A stretch of 64,000 nt of DNA, from the NCBI GenBank assembly GCA_026770705.1, contig JANJGN010000041.1:4216001-4280000 (forward strand). The letters are read 5' to 3'. The translations under genes and the position numbers were made by a program. Below are positions 63,090 through 64,000 of the stretch, piece by piece. The notes beneath the pieces are model-generated. The model had not been told where the DNA came from. It worked only from the letters and a program-made list of their open reading frames with translations, and ran no database searches. Positions within the stretch are counted from its first letter, which is position 1; each line of letters starts with the position of its first letter. Source of the DNA: Isurus oxyrinchus (taxonomy: Eukaryota).

Positions 63090-63830
63090 TCCCATCTGCA
63101 TAACCCTTGGTTAGACCAGACTTGGAACATGGTGCATAGTTCTGGTCTCCATATCCCTCTGTTTGACCACACCTGGAGCACTGTGCACGGTTCGAACCTC
63201 CATGTCCCTCGGTTCGACTACAACAGGAGCCATGTGCACAGCTCTGGTCTCCACACCACTCTGTTAGACCACACATGTAGCTCTGTGTACAGTTCCATCC
63301 GCCATATGAATCGGTTATACCACACTTGGAGCACTGCGCACAGCTCTGGCCTCCATATACCATGGATGGACCACATGTAGAGAACTGTGCACAGTGCCAG
63401 CCTCCATTGGACTCGGTTAGACCACACTTGGGGCACTGCGCACAGTTTCAGCCTCCATATATCTCGGATAGACCACACTTATAGAACTGTGCACAGTGCC
63501 AGCCTCCATTTGGCTCGGTTAGACCACACTTGGAGCACTGTGCACAGTTCCAACCTCCATCTCCCTCAGTTAGACCACAGTTGGAGCACTGCGCACAGTT
63601 CCAGCGTCCATATATCTCGGATAGAACACACCTAGAGAACTGTGCACCGTTCCAGCTCCATATTCCTCGTTTAGAGCACACTTGGAGCACTGTCCACTGT
63701 TCCAGCCTCCATATCAATTGGTTAGACCACATTGGAGCAGCACGCACATTTCTGGTCTCCATATCCATTGGTTAGACCACAGCTGGAGAACTGTGCACAA
63801 TTCTGGGTTCCAGAGAATTTGGTTACATGG
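63090..63830. repeat. 51-bp minisatellite (~14 units), consensus ggttagaccacacttggagcactgtgcacagttccagcctccatatccctc
   Basis: tagaccac recurs at 51-bp intervals (e.g. 63520, 63571); each unit has a central ACTGTGCACAGT-like palindrome. Confidence 0.95.
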
Positions 63831-64000
63831 CAACCGGGTGTGGCAGAGCTTTGAAAGTTGGTAACAATGAATTATTAATTTCTGTTTCCGAGGACAACGC
63901 AGAGAGTGTGCTGATTTTGGAGGCGCTTGCAGATTTGTCCGATGTAACAGATATGAGAGGCTGTTTTAGGCATATTTCATATTTTGGCTCACCTGCTGCA

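Noticed and set aside
63055-63768. Cys-rich (NCAQCSKCG) metallothionein- or keratin-associated-like ORFs
   Set aside because: Translations of the 51-bp minisatellite; broken by stops and frameshifts and open on both strands, with no start or splice context.

Overview
Repeat-dense vertebrate genomic DNA, most likely from a cartilaginous fish. This is an inference from the CR1/LF-SINE/DeuSINE/Penelope repeat set and the receptor type. Only one protein-coding gene is well supported: a two-exon, minus-strand class A GPCR of the GPR139/GPR142-related type (exon 1 39931-39862, 7.3-kb phase-1 intron, exon 2 32570-31666; 324 aa, intact). Most of the rest is decayed transposons: many CR1 LINE pieces, a second CR1/L2-group LINE family, RTE, Penelope with hammerhead-like pseudo-LTRs, a hAT-Tip100 transposase, a Gmr1-type Gypsy element with integrase before RT, and SINEs. 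Three tandem arrays stand out: (i) a ~6.6-kb decayed macrosatellite carrying four tRNA-Asp(GTC)-derived genes; (ii) a ~3.2-kb 56-bp minisatellite whose unit carries a TALE (PBX-PREP/MEIS) TGAnTGACAG decamer followed by a CCAAT box, with a recent 111-bp higher-order amplification; (iii) a 51-bp minisatellite centred on a CACTGTG-CACAGT palindrome resembling a V(D)J signal joint. All calls were made by eye, and repeat boundaries are approximate.
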